A stretch of DNA of 64,000 nt from Anthoceros angustus (lineage: Eukaryota > Plantae > Anthocerotophyta), in contig VJWM01000235.1 of NCBI GenBank assembly GCA_010909165.1, positions 1-64,000 on the forward strand, in the 5' to 3' direction. The notes under the pieces were generated by a model, which saw nothing but the letters and a program-made list of their open reading frames with translations, had not been told where the DNA came from and did no database searches. This document shows positions 1-12,541 of the stretch, in pieces. The translations under genes and the position numbers were made by a program. Within the stretch, counting starts at the first letter, position 1. Each line of letters starts with the position of its first letter.

Positions 1-1077
1 GCCCGCTTTTCGGCCTTACGCGCCGCGCGCGGGCGTGAATACTGCCTGCGGCCTCAGCAGGTTACGGTCTGACCTCGCATGCCCGACCTCCACTCAGGGC
101 CGTCCACGTGGCGCCGCCTCGTCTGTCCTCACGCCTCCGCTCCTAGGTTACTTTCCCTGGCGTACTTATCCTATTTTGACCTGGAGTGGGTTCCGGACTT
201 ATCCCGTTACTCCGGCGTAGTCCGGAGCTTGCCATAGTGGTACCGGGGTCCGTTGTTCACTCCAGAGTCCGGAGTATACTCCGGAGCCTCGTCCGAAGCG
301 CTACCCCAATTTATTCCTCCTTTTCCGCCTTATTTATCCTTCAATCCTAAAAAAAACAGAAACCCTACTTATTTCTTAACTCCCCAGGGAAGTGCATAGC
401 CCACAATATCATTGGTACAATAGGTAGTTACAGGGAAGGCATTCGAGGGGACTAGGACTTCCCTTTAACCATTAGCCCTTTTTGGGTTGTTCCTCCTCGA
501 ACTTCAGGGGTAGATGGGATTTCCCACCTCATCTATTAATAAAGTCTACTCTGTATTATCTATAGAAGAATAAGTCATATATTTTATTTTCTAGATTTTA
601 AATAACATTCTTTAAGGATAGAAGAAAAGATTTATTTCCTACTGCCCGTAATCATAACATCCCTTCCCATCTCGAAGGGTACGAAGGACCCTTTTCTTTG
701 GAAGGGCCTGAACCCCTCTATCATATCCCAATTATCTAAAATGGGCCCTAGATAATGTATCTACTCGTTGCCGATAGTAGAATTTAATTTTTAATAAAAA
801 ATAAATTAATTATCTATATCACTTCTTTACTTTGCTAAAGTGTGCCACCAATGTGTTAACTTCCAACATATGTGGCATATTGTGGCCGGTGGGCGGTGCC
901 GTTGCCGTTGCCGGTGCCGGCGGGATGAAGGAGTCGATTGCCGGTCCTCGATATTTCGTAGAGAGAGTGGATGTGAACCCGTTCAGCGCATTGGACACGT
1001 GTAGCAGCACGGGGACGGCGGTGACATAAGAGTGCCTGAGACGGTGAACTCGTCAAGGATAGGATCCAGCCAGGCGC

Positions 1078-1185
1078 CAGGGAGCAGGGAGCAGGGAGCA
1101 GGGAGCAGGGTGCAGGGAGCAGGGAACACGGAGCAGGGAGCAGGGAGCCGGGAGCACGGAGCACGGAGCACGGAGCAGGGGAGCA
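1078..1185 (+). repeat. 7-bp minisatellite (GGGAGCA / CGGAGCA), about 15 copies
   Basis: Read directly; it produces the spurious LLPAPCS ORFs. Followed by 3 copies of CAGAATCCAGGC at 1253-1288. Confidence 0.95.
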
Positions 1186-1374
1186 CCGCAACTCCCTGGA
1201 AATTCCTTCACATTCTAGAGTTACGGTTCACATTCTTAAGTCATAGGAAATTCAGAATCCAGGCCAGAATCCAGGCCAGAATCCAGGCGCAGACGCCGCA
1301 CAGCTCTCTCTTTATGAGATCCCCGTCGGCATTTCCTGAGCCACTCCTCCTTTCTAAAATTATATAGGAGAACA

Positions 1375-1550
1375 AGTCCATTGTAGTCCACTTGGACGGA
1401 ATGTGTTCCTGTCAGTGGGACTTGGCACTTACCAAAGTTCTACTTGCTCCCTCGAGACACCACATGTAAGTATTGATCCCATCTATGGAGTGATCTAAGC
1501 GCAGCGGCGTGCTTATAAATGTGTGTGTCCATTTGGCCTAATATTTGGAC
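1375..1550. repeat. Dispersed repeat, copy A (homologous to 17042-17230)
   Basis: Shared collinear blocks AGTCCACT.GGACGGA, TGGGACTTGG.ACTTA, CTACTTGC, CCCATCTA, GATC.AAGCGCAG, CGTGCTTATAAATGTGTGT, ATTTGGAC. Confidence 0.85.
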
Positions 1551-2230
1551 TCACATTTGTGGACTAGGTACAAATTGCCACTTTTTGTTTTCAGAGCTCC
1601 CTCTGCCTTGTTTGAAAATGTGGGACTTGAGTCCAGAATCGAGAAGGGTGGTTGGGCTCGTTCCCCGACACAGGGCTGATTGGTCCTCTTTGTTCTTTGT
1701 TCTTTCTCTTCTCGGGCCTCTCTTTTCTCGCCCAGCCACGTTACTTTATGCAGCCGGAGTGCTCCCGTGTGACAATTTTGTTTGGGTCGGCAATCACCCT
1801 TGCCCGCTGTGGGTGGAGATGAACGGGGAAATTATTTTACAGTGAGGCTAGGACCGAGACCGGGACGGGGAGACGGGGATCCCGGCTCCGTGCAGCAATT
1901 TTAGGATCACCTTCGCTTCCCGATCTGTCGCTGGTCCGGGCCGGAGCTCACGCGAAACCAGCGTCAGAATAGGCCTGTCACCCACCAGGCTGTTCTGAGA
2001 CGGCTGAGGCGTGCTCACATCAGCATTGTTGTCGGAATACCCTCGGTTCGAAGTAAGGCCCACGCAAAGAACGCCGAAGATGCATTGCACGCATGGCAGT
2101 CAAGTCTGTGGCGGGTGTGGAGGCCGAGCCGCCTGCATTCCTTGTGCTGGGTCCGTCACTCACATGACATGATGCCTGAAGCTCAAGCGGAAGCAGAAGC
2201 GAAAGCAGCAGCAACAGCGGCAGCGGCACG

Positions 2231-4380
2231 ATGAGTCAGGGAAAGGGGCTGCAGACCAGCCCGTCTCGGAAGCAGCATGCCTTTCCAGCAGGAGCAGCCT
2301 GTTCCAGGATGTGTTGGATCGCGTCGTTCGTGGCGGTGACCATGGTGTTCGCATATGGATTGCTGGATGAAATCGTGGCTTTGCCCTGGATTCTGGGGTC
2401 GTATCAGGACCGCCAGGTTCCGGACACGCAGCAAGAGCTGGAATCCGGAGCGCCGGAATGGCCCGACTGTCTAAGCAGGTCGCAGCACGCTCTCTACTTC
2501 AGAGCCTCCAGGCGGCTCCCCGTGTCGCAGAAACTGGCTACGCGGATGGAGGAGTATGAGCGGATGCACCGCAGGTGCGTTGTGGGCAGGGATTTGAATG
2601 CCGAGGTGGAGAATCCGGGGAACACGCAGCCTGAGGTAGTCATTGAGCACTGAGCTCCAGCCGGAAGTGAGCGGAGAGCTCCTTTCAGCATCCATGGGTT
2701 TTCAGGAGCTCGCGATCGTTCACTTGTGGTGACCAGCAGAGCTGTTTTGCAGGAAGACGGCCCGCCTTGCAAGTACCTCTATTTCGTGGAAGCGGGGGGT
2801 CTGGGGAACAGGTTTCTGGGCTTCGTCTCGGCTTACGTCTACGCACTTCTCACCAACAGAGCAATGATCGTGGGCCATTTCAGCTCCCTGTCCCATCTGA
2901 TTTGCAACCCGTTCCCCACCTCCAGCCTGAACGTGCCCAGGAAGTTCTCTCAAAAGGTAGGTGCATGGATAGCTAGTCTACAGGTGTTGCATCTGTTGCA
3001 AGGTACTGGAAGTTGCTCAGTTGGTGACATTTCTCCGCAGGCTCTGTACAAAGCGGAAGTGCAGCTGGAGGACTCGAGCCTCCAGGACTTCAGCAACGCC
3101 ACCGTGGTGAAGGTGAAGGAACAGCACAGCGCGCGGATTACGGACAGGAGGTTCTACTGCACCTCCACCATGGAAAAGCTGTCTGGAGTGAAGTGGGTTG
3201 TCATGGACACCAACCAGTACCTCATTCCTCGCTTCTTTGCCACGCCGTACCTGTGGCCCCAAATGCGAGACCTGCTGGGGGATGAGCCCTCCCTCATCTT
3301 CACCCACCTCAGCCGACGGCTGCTGCTGCCGAGAAATGTCATCTGGGACCGCATCATGCGAATCTACTGGACGTACTTGGCGGATACCGAGAAGCGGGTG
3401 GGCGTCCAGGTGCGGTGCAAGTCTTGCACAACTCGTTCCTGGCTGCAGCTCTCATGCCGTGTTGCGCAGTGCTCTGAGGTTCCGTGGACCCTGTGCAGAT
3501 CCGAAGGCACTCGACCAACTTCAAATTCGATGTGACGGCCTACGAGCGCGTCATGCGATGCCTTCTGGGCCAGAGCATCATCCCCAACACCACAGAGCCG
3601 GTAGCATTCGAGCAGCTGCCCAGAACGGATCCCCGCCCTGTGTTCAACGTCACGTCCACTCTGACCCGGCTCTCGAACCAGCTGCGGAGCGTGAGGGCGC
3701 AGGGGAGCCAGCAGGTGTCGCACCTCAAGCGCCGCATCAGGTCGCACCTGGGGAACAGCAGCAGCAGCAGCATCAGCCCCGAGAACGTGGTGGCGGACCG
3801 GGTGGAGCGTGGCCGCCCCACCTCCGTCTTCATCGCCTCTCTCAATCCTGAGTACTACGAGGAGATGAAGCGGCAGTACGCCATGAATCCCACCACGGAT
3901 GGCACGCTCGTCCGCATCTTCCAGGTGAGCCAACGTCAGCATGCACGCTCGTCTCGGCTCACGGAATGACTCGGATGCGTATTCTCGCGTGCGTGCAAGC
4001 AGGTGACTGCGGACAGCAGCCAGACTTTCGAGTTCGCCCAGCTGATGGATGCCTTCACGGAGATGTGGCTGCTGGCCTTCAGCGACGAGATCGCCACCAG
4101 CGGCTGGTCCACGTTCGGCTACATCGGGCACGGCATCGGCGGCGTAAGGCCGTGGATCATAGATCTGAAAGGAGGACGCCGGCGGAAGGAAGCCGACGCG
4201 CCCTGCTGGCTGTCCGGGTCTCAGGAGCCGTGCAACCATTTCCCCTATCTGGAGAGCGTGTGCAGGGACTCCGTCACCAACCAGACCGAGGCGGGCATGG
4301 GCCCCGACCAAGCAGCCTGGGTGGAGAAGCACACCAGGAACTGCGTGGACGAGAACAAAGGGATCCAGCTCGTCGCCTGA
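2231..4380 (+). CDS. Xyloglucan/galactoside 2-alpha-fucosyltransferase-like, family GT37; 5 exons (2231-2635, 2753-2956, 3041-3409, 3499-3924, 4003-4380)
   Basis: N-terminal TM anchor. GT37 motifs CKYLYF..GGLGNR, NQYLIP, GVQ|IR, VFIASL, EMWLLAFSDEIATSGWSTFGY, EPCNHFP. All four introns are GT-AG and keep frame. Confidence 0.92.
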
Positions 4381-5313
4381 TGCATGGCGTGCTTGCTACC
4401 CATAACGGTGTCGCCACCTCGAAACAGGAGTCGCGGCTGCTCCCTCCAGGTGTGGGCGTTCATCCAAGTTTTCATACCCGCAGTTGAGCGACAACTTCGA
4501 ACCTTGGAGTGTCATGCGAGCGTCTGCTTTGTCAAATTTCAGACCCGGATTCCGCTCCCGGAACCGGAGCTTAACGAAACCGTCTTGTGAAAATCGCGAG
4601 AAAATAAGAAACTTATTGTGAAAGGCAGATGGAAAGCGGGATGTACCGGGCCTTTATTACCAGGGCCGACAGTGTGATGTATACAGGCTGGCAGCTCCGA
4701 CATACCGAAGACAAACGAAGACTAAGATTGGAAAGTTGTCAAGCCAATCGTCTTCTACAGAAGCCGTCACGTAGGCTGATGTCTCCCCGGGGTTCCAAGT
4801 TAGAGCAGTCATGCTTCTGCTTGCACCAGGTTTGCACCCGGATCTACCCAACTCACAGTGTGCAGAACGAAACTTCTGGGGGTCAATAGCTAATGGCATT
4901 CTAGCTGCTCGCAGAGGAACACCAGCAACTCCACTGCTAAGAACAGGTCGTTGAGCGTAGAGGGATGCTTTCTGTTTCGATGAGAGGGTGCCAGGGTCAG
5001 TGTTAGCCATCCATGTCCACGTCTCAGTTTCAACAGGCAAGAAACTAAGCAAGCACATAACACCCCGAAAGCAATATTCTCACGATCGACCCTAACAATT
5101 GTAACAACCACCTGCAGATCGATGCACACGGTACCCATCCCTGACAACATTGTCTTTCTCTTCAAGCCTTAACATGGGTTTCCGTGGAACTGTGGCAGTC
5201 ACTGCACATGCGTACATTCTTCATTACCTGGTGACCACTCTGAGAGGTCCCAATCGGAGTTTTCGAGAGACCAAACGCTAAAGCTACGGCAAAGCACATG
5301 TTCCTTTTGCTTC

Positions 5314-5502
5314 TCACACACTAGCCTCAGCACCACGTTGGTGTAAGGTACGCGGAAGCACCGAGTTGGTGCTGTTGAGCACCCTTGCACGAAGATCAAT
5401 CCTGCAAGTGTAAAGCTCAGTAGTAGGTTTGATGCCATGCTGTTCAGGCATGGAATCAAAGTGCTTGCGACCCTCGTGGACCACGAGCACCGTAGTCGAC
5501 AC
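5314..5502 (-). pseudogene. PLS-class PPR fragment (C-terminal repeat)
   Basis: EGRKHFDSMPEQHGIKPTTELYTCRIDL; nucleotide paralog of 20610-20690. Confidence 0.8.
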
Positions 5503-6509
5503 AAAACTGCATCAGAAAGGAAGACAGAAAGAACCAGAGCTTCTCGACCTCAACAACAAGCTCACAAAGGTTGACCACGCCCCTTCATACATGGACTGGA
5601 CTGAACGTTTAAGCTGAAACACGAGGCAGATCAGAAGCAAGACATATCTCTCCAGGACCTCTGTTTTTACGTCCGTGGGACGAGTGACGCCTTGCTGTTC
5701 ATCCACAGAGCCTGTGAAAGTAGTAGCGATACAAAGAGCATAGGTTTCGTCAGTCCCTGCAACAGCAGATCAACGACCTTAGAGCATAGGTTTCGACAGT
5801 CCCTGCAGCAGCACATCAACTCAACACCGGAGTCATCCTAAGGGCTAACTGTTGTGCAATCAGAGAATCTGTTCCAGCAGGCACCACACTCCAGGAGCTG
5901 AAAAATAGCAAACCTAGCTCATCCTCCGCACCACAAACCTGCGTGCATTCTGTCACACGTCGCACATGCTGCCATTTCTGCAGCCACTTCAAGGGCGGTG
6001 TTTGCAACAACGAAATTCCCTGCAACCCCCATCAAAGGGCTCGGCAATTCGCATGGGAGCCCCAGATAAGGGCCTCCAAGGCAACCACTTTGGCTGAAAC
6101 AAGAGCGCCTGCTCCATGGCCGCTCATCCGCGAGCGCCAACCTTAAAAGAAGCCCAATCTTTTGAATGGGCTCAACCGACCAAGTGAGACCCCTGGCTCC
6201 CGGGATCCACTAGGTAGTGTAGAATTGTGAATGCCTTCCCTCTTATCGCGTGGGGCATAGGCTCTGCCTGTCTCTCTGGGAGCATGCTGGGTACGTTATG
6301 ACACACCTAGCACATGTAGATAAATACATCCTGGTGTGGAAGTGTGTAATTGGTTTCAACTTTCAGCCAGGCGCCAGAAAAAACATGCGTTAACCTTAGT
6401 GACAGTGGCGCCTAACCCATCTTTGTGACACGGAAATAGCGTCACAGAGCTTTGAAACGGCTCGCTTTCCCTCCGGAACTCCATGCTCAAGAAATCCAGT
6501 CCTCCTGAT

Positions 6510-7524
6510 CGCCGCCGAACTCCGGCTCTCACTCGAGAAAATTCTGGTCAGGCCGAGTTCGCTTCTCCGCCGTTTCCAAGACCTGGCTGTCCCTCTTGTC
6601 ATCTTCGGATTTCAAGCGCTTGTGTGCTTCTGAGGGGCCTTCGCCTACACTTCCGGCTGGCAAGCTGGCTTCTTGCAAGCCGCGCGCTTCCGATCTCGGA
6701 ACACTGTCTGAAATCCGGCAGTTGGAGGTGCTCAAGGTTGGCTTGTCCTTTCTTCCTCCCAAATTCCAGGCTTTCCATTCCTCAAAGTACGTTGTGCAGG
6801 ACGGCTTGGTTTGCATCTTCAAGCTTGAGAGAGACAAAAAGCCTGAAAAACCTAGGGGTGGAAATCGCAAGGTTGGAATTCAGCGTCCTCAGGAGGTGCT
6901 AATAACGCATTCAAATGGCGCTGGAGTGGGGGATGAGGATGGGGATGCGGATGGCGCTGAGGACGGGGATGCGTATGATGAGGAAGAGGACGGGGACGGG
7001 GACGACGATGAGGGGTATCGCACGCCGGAGGATCAGGATAATCACTTTGGCGGCAGCAGCAAGAAAGTGGGAAGTATGAGTTTCTGTGTTGCCAATCCTA
7101 TTATGAGAACGTTCAAAGAGCTGCCACCGGAGTTTGGCGAGGAAAATGACGTTCATGACCACACAGCCCTCTGGAGACCGTGGAGAGTTCAGGTTGAGGT
7201 GGAGGCAATCGGGCACTTCGCCGTCATATTTTTGTATTTGCGCAAAGATAAACCAACTGTAAGCATCTGTAGTACAGGTCCAAGGATAATAGCTGGAAAG
7301 CCACGGCTTTGACTGCGCGATTTACGTTTCCCGGCATGTCTCCCGGCGGCAGTAGCCCAAACTGGCCTCAGTGTATTTTGTGCAATGGTGAATTGTGCAC
7401 AAAAGTGGAAGACGACAGTGTGAAGGTCTACAGTCTCGAAACTGGTCTACTTGTTTGGAATGAGAGCTGGGACGACAGAAGTGTTCGCAAGGTTCAAGGT
7501 GCAAGGTTTATTGTCTTGCGCTGA
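6510..7524 (+). pseudogene. F-box protein pseudogene
   Basis: F-box split by a frameshift near 6571 (LEKILVRPSSLLR / VSKTWLSLLSSSDFKRLC). Downstream VANPIMRTFKELPP motif typical of F-box-associated domains. Second frame change near 7310; no in-frame ATG. Confidence 0.65.
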
Positions 7525-7734
7525 AGAACCCGCTCGATGGATAGTGGAGGGGGTCCACTACACACGGTCTTTTGTAGATGCATATAATGAGGGCTGGATA
7601 AGAGATATCCAATGTTAAATACACATTGACATGAGCCCATCTCCAATTTTGGGCCAACACTTTACGGCACCATCGGTCCCGACAACTTCACCGACCGACC
7701 GTCGGTGAAGTCGGGACCCGGAGCGAGGCCGGGA

Positions 7735-7752
7735 AACAACAACAACAACAAC
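7735..7752. repeat. (AAC)6 microsatellite; three imperfect ~37-bp repeats follow at about 8015-8118
   Basis: Read directly. Confidence 0.9.
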
Positions 7753-8438
7753 AATGACTATATTTATCCACTAAAGGTGAAACGACCACCATGGGACAGA
7801 AAAAGGTGCACGGAAAAGACGTAGAATAAAAGGATATACATGCGTAAATCAGAACTAGAGAGAGAAAGAGTGAAAATAGAAATAATACAAAATGAAGGCA
7901 CGACCAAAACAATACATCTTCATGTAGTGTCGGAAGAATTGCAAGGACGAGGATTTACAACAACCAACCTACGAACAACCACGGAAAAAGGTCACTTGGC
8001 CCTCCATGGAGCTGATCATTCAACAAATGAAAAATCATGATGAATATAGCCGATCATCCAACAAACCGGAAATCATGAGCAGTAGAGCCCATCATCCAAC
8101 AAACCGAAAATCATGATCCAATGTGCGCTCTCGAGGATCCTTTCCTAGTCGGAAGGCACGTAAAATTTCCACATCCACATGCAACCCGCGGGTCCGCAAT
8201 AACATTAAAGGACAAATTCGGAAGTTGAAAACATGACGGGCCCGAAACAAATTCTTAGAAACTTCTTCGTTGGAAGCAGGGTACCTTAATGTCCTTTGAG
8301 GTAAAGCCTATTCCAAATCTGTTGCCTTTTCCCTGTGATGCGAAGTCGTCCAACTCCATGTGCAGCAGTGTAAGGAACCCAGCACTTCCACTTCCGACAA
8401 AGTGTGGGTTAGGGACGGGGTTCCAGCGATGGTCGTTG

Positions 8439-8930
8439 CCAGGTGCAGGAGCAGTTTTGGCATCACAATTTTTTCTGTGATGTGTTGCACAGTGGCATTC
8501 CACTAACTTGTTTGTTGGCAACTGCCTGGTGGACATGTATGTACCGAAAGATGCACGCCAGGTATTTGTTAGGTTGTCCAAAACGGATGTGGTGACATGG
8601 ACCGCCCTGATACCTGGGTATGCACAGCAAAGACTCGACCAAGAGGCGCTTATTGTGTATGGACAAATGCAGGAGGCGGCCTCATTCTGGCTAACCATGT
8701 TACTTTTGGTTGCCTTCTGAAGGCCTTTGCAAGCACTGGTGCCTTACAGAAGGGCAGGCAGCTTCGAAAGAGGACTGCTGGATGACGCAGTGGTGGCCGA
8801 CTGCCTGGTGGACGTGTATGCGAATTGGGGTGATGTGAAAGGTGCACGCCAGGTTTTTGACAGCATGGCCACAAAGGATGTGGTGACATGGAATGCCCTT
8901 ATTGCTGGGTATGGTGCTTGTGATGAAGGT
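8439..8930 (+). pseudogene. PLS-class PPR pseudogene fragment
   Basis: GNCLVDMY..ARQVF....DVVTWTALIPGYAQ, HVTFGCLLKAFASTGALQKGRQ, CLVDVYANWGDVKGARQVFDSMATKDVVTWNALIAGY, spread over three frames. Confidence 0.9.
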
Positions 8931-9723
8931 CAGTTGCCGGAGTTCAGCTTGACCGCCTGTCAGAGTGCCGACAAGGTGCAAGCAGAAACGTGGCTCCTCC
9001 AACTGGGAACCCCGGGAAGACATCTAACACAGAGGAGACGGACCATTGGCTTAACAAGTCTGCAATCTCTAATCTTCGTTTTGTCTTCAGTACGTGAGGT
9101 TCTTAGAACCAAGGCCGTCCGACTAGGTACTCCACTCCGGCCAGGCTAAAAGTCCGCCATGGCCACCTGTGCGTCGCCCAGTCAGCAGTGGCCGCCGAGC
9201 GATCAAGAAGCCTCTCTGCGTGCTGCTCACACAAGATCCTTGCAGATCCGGTTCGGGTTGTGTAGAATTGTGCACCTGCCTTCTTTTCCGTATACACACG
9301 TACAAGCATTGCTGCAGTAGCAAATAAGAGCACTGGCTTCCGTCAGGAAGGCCACAAGACCCTCCGCGTTTCGTGCCCCAGAATGACCAATGATCGAGCG
9401 AAAAAGGAGTCCGAGAAGCGCATCTCGTGGTATCCCCAGCTGCCAGCCCACACTCACCGCTGGCCCTGGTAAGGAGGACTTCCTTAGACAGGACAAGGTA
9501 CATGCCGCTTTGCATCTCCTTTCACAGGTTTGGTTAAATTTCGCACTCGCGAGTCCGGGTCTCAGACTCTCAGTACACGAATGGCCTGCAAGCGAGCACG
9601 CGTTGGGGACTGGAGGGAGAAATTGGACGAAGCAGACACGCGCATGACATTACCGTGAAGAAGCGGTGTTGCGCACCTGGCGCTGCCGGATTGAGGGCAA
9701 TTCTGGGCTATCGAAATAACCAG

Positions 9724-11398
9724 TCAGGATTGCGGGATGTAAGTCTTCCACCAATCCGTGCCCGCGACGCCGTCCAAGTCGTGTGCGGCCAGCCAGCGCC
9801 AGTCCGGCTCCGGCAGCCCGTCGCCGCAGTCGCTGGGGCAGCCCGGAAGAGCCACCATCCGGGGCTCGGGTCGGGACGCGCACGATCCTTGGAAGTCTCT
9901 GTACAGCCCGGCCTCCGTTGCGGGGCCGTAGGGACACCTCTGCTCGGGACGGGGGGCCTGGATCAGCTCCACACTCTCTCGGTCGGGGACTCCCGTGGTG
10001 TAGAAGAGCGGGTCCTGAATGCCATGGTACCTCACCAAAATAACCGCGAATGCCAGCATCCTGCCGTCTATGCTGCAGGTCCAGCCCACCTCCCTGTGCG
10101 CCCTCTCCACCATTTCCCGCATCTCCCCGTCGTGAGCCTGCATGTACTCCAGCACCTCCGGCAGGTCCTGGAAGCTGCAGCCATGGCAAATGAGAAGAAG
10201 CTGGATGGTGTAGTCATGTACATGGACAAAGACAGAAGAGGCAGAGACAAAGAACGTACTGGTGGTCGGTTTCCATGAAATGCCGGCCCTTCTTGAGGAG
10301 CGGGTAGAAGAACTGGATGAAGGGCGAGTCCTGGAGGATGAGCGCGCGTTGGGTGAGGAGGACGTCGCAGAGGCGGCCGCCGCCGAGCCCGCCGTCCGTC
10401 ATGCGGTGCAGGCGGAGGCGGGGGCTGCTCCCCCAGTTGGCGCGGCGGAGCCAGAAGTTGGTGGTGGCGCCGCGGAAGACGGCTCTGGGGATCTTGTCCT
10501 GCCATCGCCTGCCGTGCGCCCGGAGCGCCTCCATCTCGTCCCGGGACTGCATGTAGGCGGGGCGGAGGTCGAGCAGATCCGGCACCACCAGATCGGCGTC
10601 CAGCTCCTCGGTCACGTGCGGCGTCCAGACCAGGTAGTTGGCGCGGCCGCTCCTGCCGCTGGCCATGGCCTCCTGCGCGAGGGCGTGGTCGCAGGTGTTG
10701 AGCAGGAACTCGACGCGCACGTCCCGCAGGCGGAAGCGGTCCAGCGTCGCCTGCAGGAAGGAGGCGGCGTCGTTGGCGCGGTCCAGCCGGAACTGCACCT
10801 TCATCACCTGCGGGCCGTAGCGGAAGAACACCTCCCCGCCTACCACCCGGAAGTGCGCGCAGCAGGCCATGAAGGAGTTGTTGCTCAGCGCGTCCCGGAG
10901 GTGGCGCACGGACCAGGCGCTGCGGACCCGGCCCCCCAGCCCCTGCACCGGCGCCCAGCCCTGCGTGAAGCTCTTCACCAGCCGCAGCACCTGGTGGAGC
11001 TTGGGGTCGGAGAGGTCGAACTCGGGGCTGGCCGCCCGGAGCTCCACCAGCTCCGAGGCCTCGATCCGCACCGCCTTCACCCGCTCGTGCCGCACGTCGG
11101 AGAAGCTCATGTGCTGCAGCTGCGGCTGCGGCTGCTCCTGCTCCGGCTGCCACCCCGCGGGCTGGGCCCCTTCCCCCTCTCCCCCGGTCCGGGGGCTCTG
11201 GGCCTTGGCCAGCAGCAGCTTCCAGCACCACGACAGCCGCAGCCGCCCGCCATACCCGACCTCACCGGCGCTGGGGGCCGCCTCCCCGTAATTGATGAGC
11301 GTGCAGGAGCTGGTGTAAGACACCAGCAGCAGCGACAAGGTGATGCCCAGGGGCACCAGGATGGCCAGCACCATCAACGACACTGTGGTCCCCTTCAT
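9724..11398 (-). CDS. Glycosyltransferase family 90 (CAP10 domain) type II membrane protein; 2 exons (11398-10260, 10174-9724)
   Basis: N-terminal TM. WQDKIPRAVFRGATT, DG....RL..VLL...LILQDSPFIQFFYPLLKKGRHF, DLPEVLEYMQAHD. 85-nt GT-AG intron keeps frame. Possible internal deletion (see findings). Confidence 0.85.
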
Positions 11399-12541
11399 CG
11401 CTCCCGACCGCGCTTCCCGCCAGCCTAAGCTTGCATCCAGGACGACTCATTCTGCTGCTGCCCAACTATGACATGAATCTCCTCCACTTCGACCCTGGGC
11501 CTGGAGGCCGTTCCGATCCTGTCTTGGTCACCTCTTCCGCTGCCAGCATCCATCCGCAACGAAGCCCGAACCAACAGCTCCTCTCTTTCTTCTCTCCCCA
11601 CACCAGGTCCTGTAGTCTAGTCTGTTACCAACATATTTAGAGACTGTACATCCAGTAGGTATGAGCAGACTTACTCCATCCTGTACACGCTCGATTCACC
11701 GAATTCCAAGAGCGTCAAGGGGAGAAGTTTTAAGTAGCCCTGGCAGGTGACGTCCTGTACTCAATGCCATCTGGCCTGCCTGACCATGCCTGACCGAGTT
11801 GACAATTTCGTGGCCGAAATCAAAGAAGAAAACAATACTATCACCGTACACGGCGGCAGAGCAGAGCAGAGCAAAGAATGGGCAGGGCGGAGCAGGGCAA
11901 AGTCCCGTCGCCTAAGGCTAACGCAAACTTAATGAGCCCTGCCATTCGTACCGCCCGTGTGCCCACGCACCCCGATGCAAAGCCGAGAGGCATGAGGCCG
12001 GCATGCCTCTCTTTCTTTCCGGCGTCTCCCTTTCCGGCAACGGGCGTCCGTCGTCGCTCTTCTCAACGGCTCCCTCCACCCTCCTCTCAACGGCTCCCGT
12101 CCGCGCTCCTCTCAACGCCGTCCTCCCGCACCTGCTCACTTGTCTCCGGTTGTCTCTGGTCTCAACCTGTTCACCACGAACTCCCACTGTCCTGTCCATT
12201 TTGAACACATTGTAATAGATTATACACACGGCTTTCAATTATAAAGACACTTAATTCACAACAAGTGCTATGACATCGCTTCTCTACCTCTAGCTTGCGT
12301 TACAAAAAGGCTTCTCCTTTGATAGAGGAGGCCTAGACCATACATTACCGACATCCTGAAGGGCTTGGGACGTTTTCTTGTGTTGGCTTTTGTTCCCTGC
12401 AGATTCCCAAAATGCTCGCTTCCTCTTTGTAGAAGTATCCCCTCCCACATCTTTGACCATATGTGGGGTGATGGCCAAGCCCTCCTCCACAGCTGTAGCC
12501 TCTATGCCCTCTAATGTCCGCATAAAACCTACTACAAGTCC

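Noticed and set aside
96-350. Homology between the window start and 24990-25280 (GTCCACGTG, CTCCGGAG-rich)
   Set aside because: Similar in style but not alignable by eye beyond short words.
720-830. Helitron 3' end on the minus strand (CTACT...AGTAG hairpin then CTAG)
   Set aside because: The stem is only 5 AT-rich bp and CTAG is followed by G, not T.
856-1367. Repetitive peptides LLPAPCS / GSREQG
   Set aside because: Translation of a 7-bp minisatellite.
10068-11428. Long overlapping ORFs (387 aa, 388 aa) across the GT90 gene; similar ones at 3364-4332 and 56593-57783
   Set aside because: Shadow ORFs caused by high-GC codon usage of the real gene.
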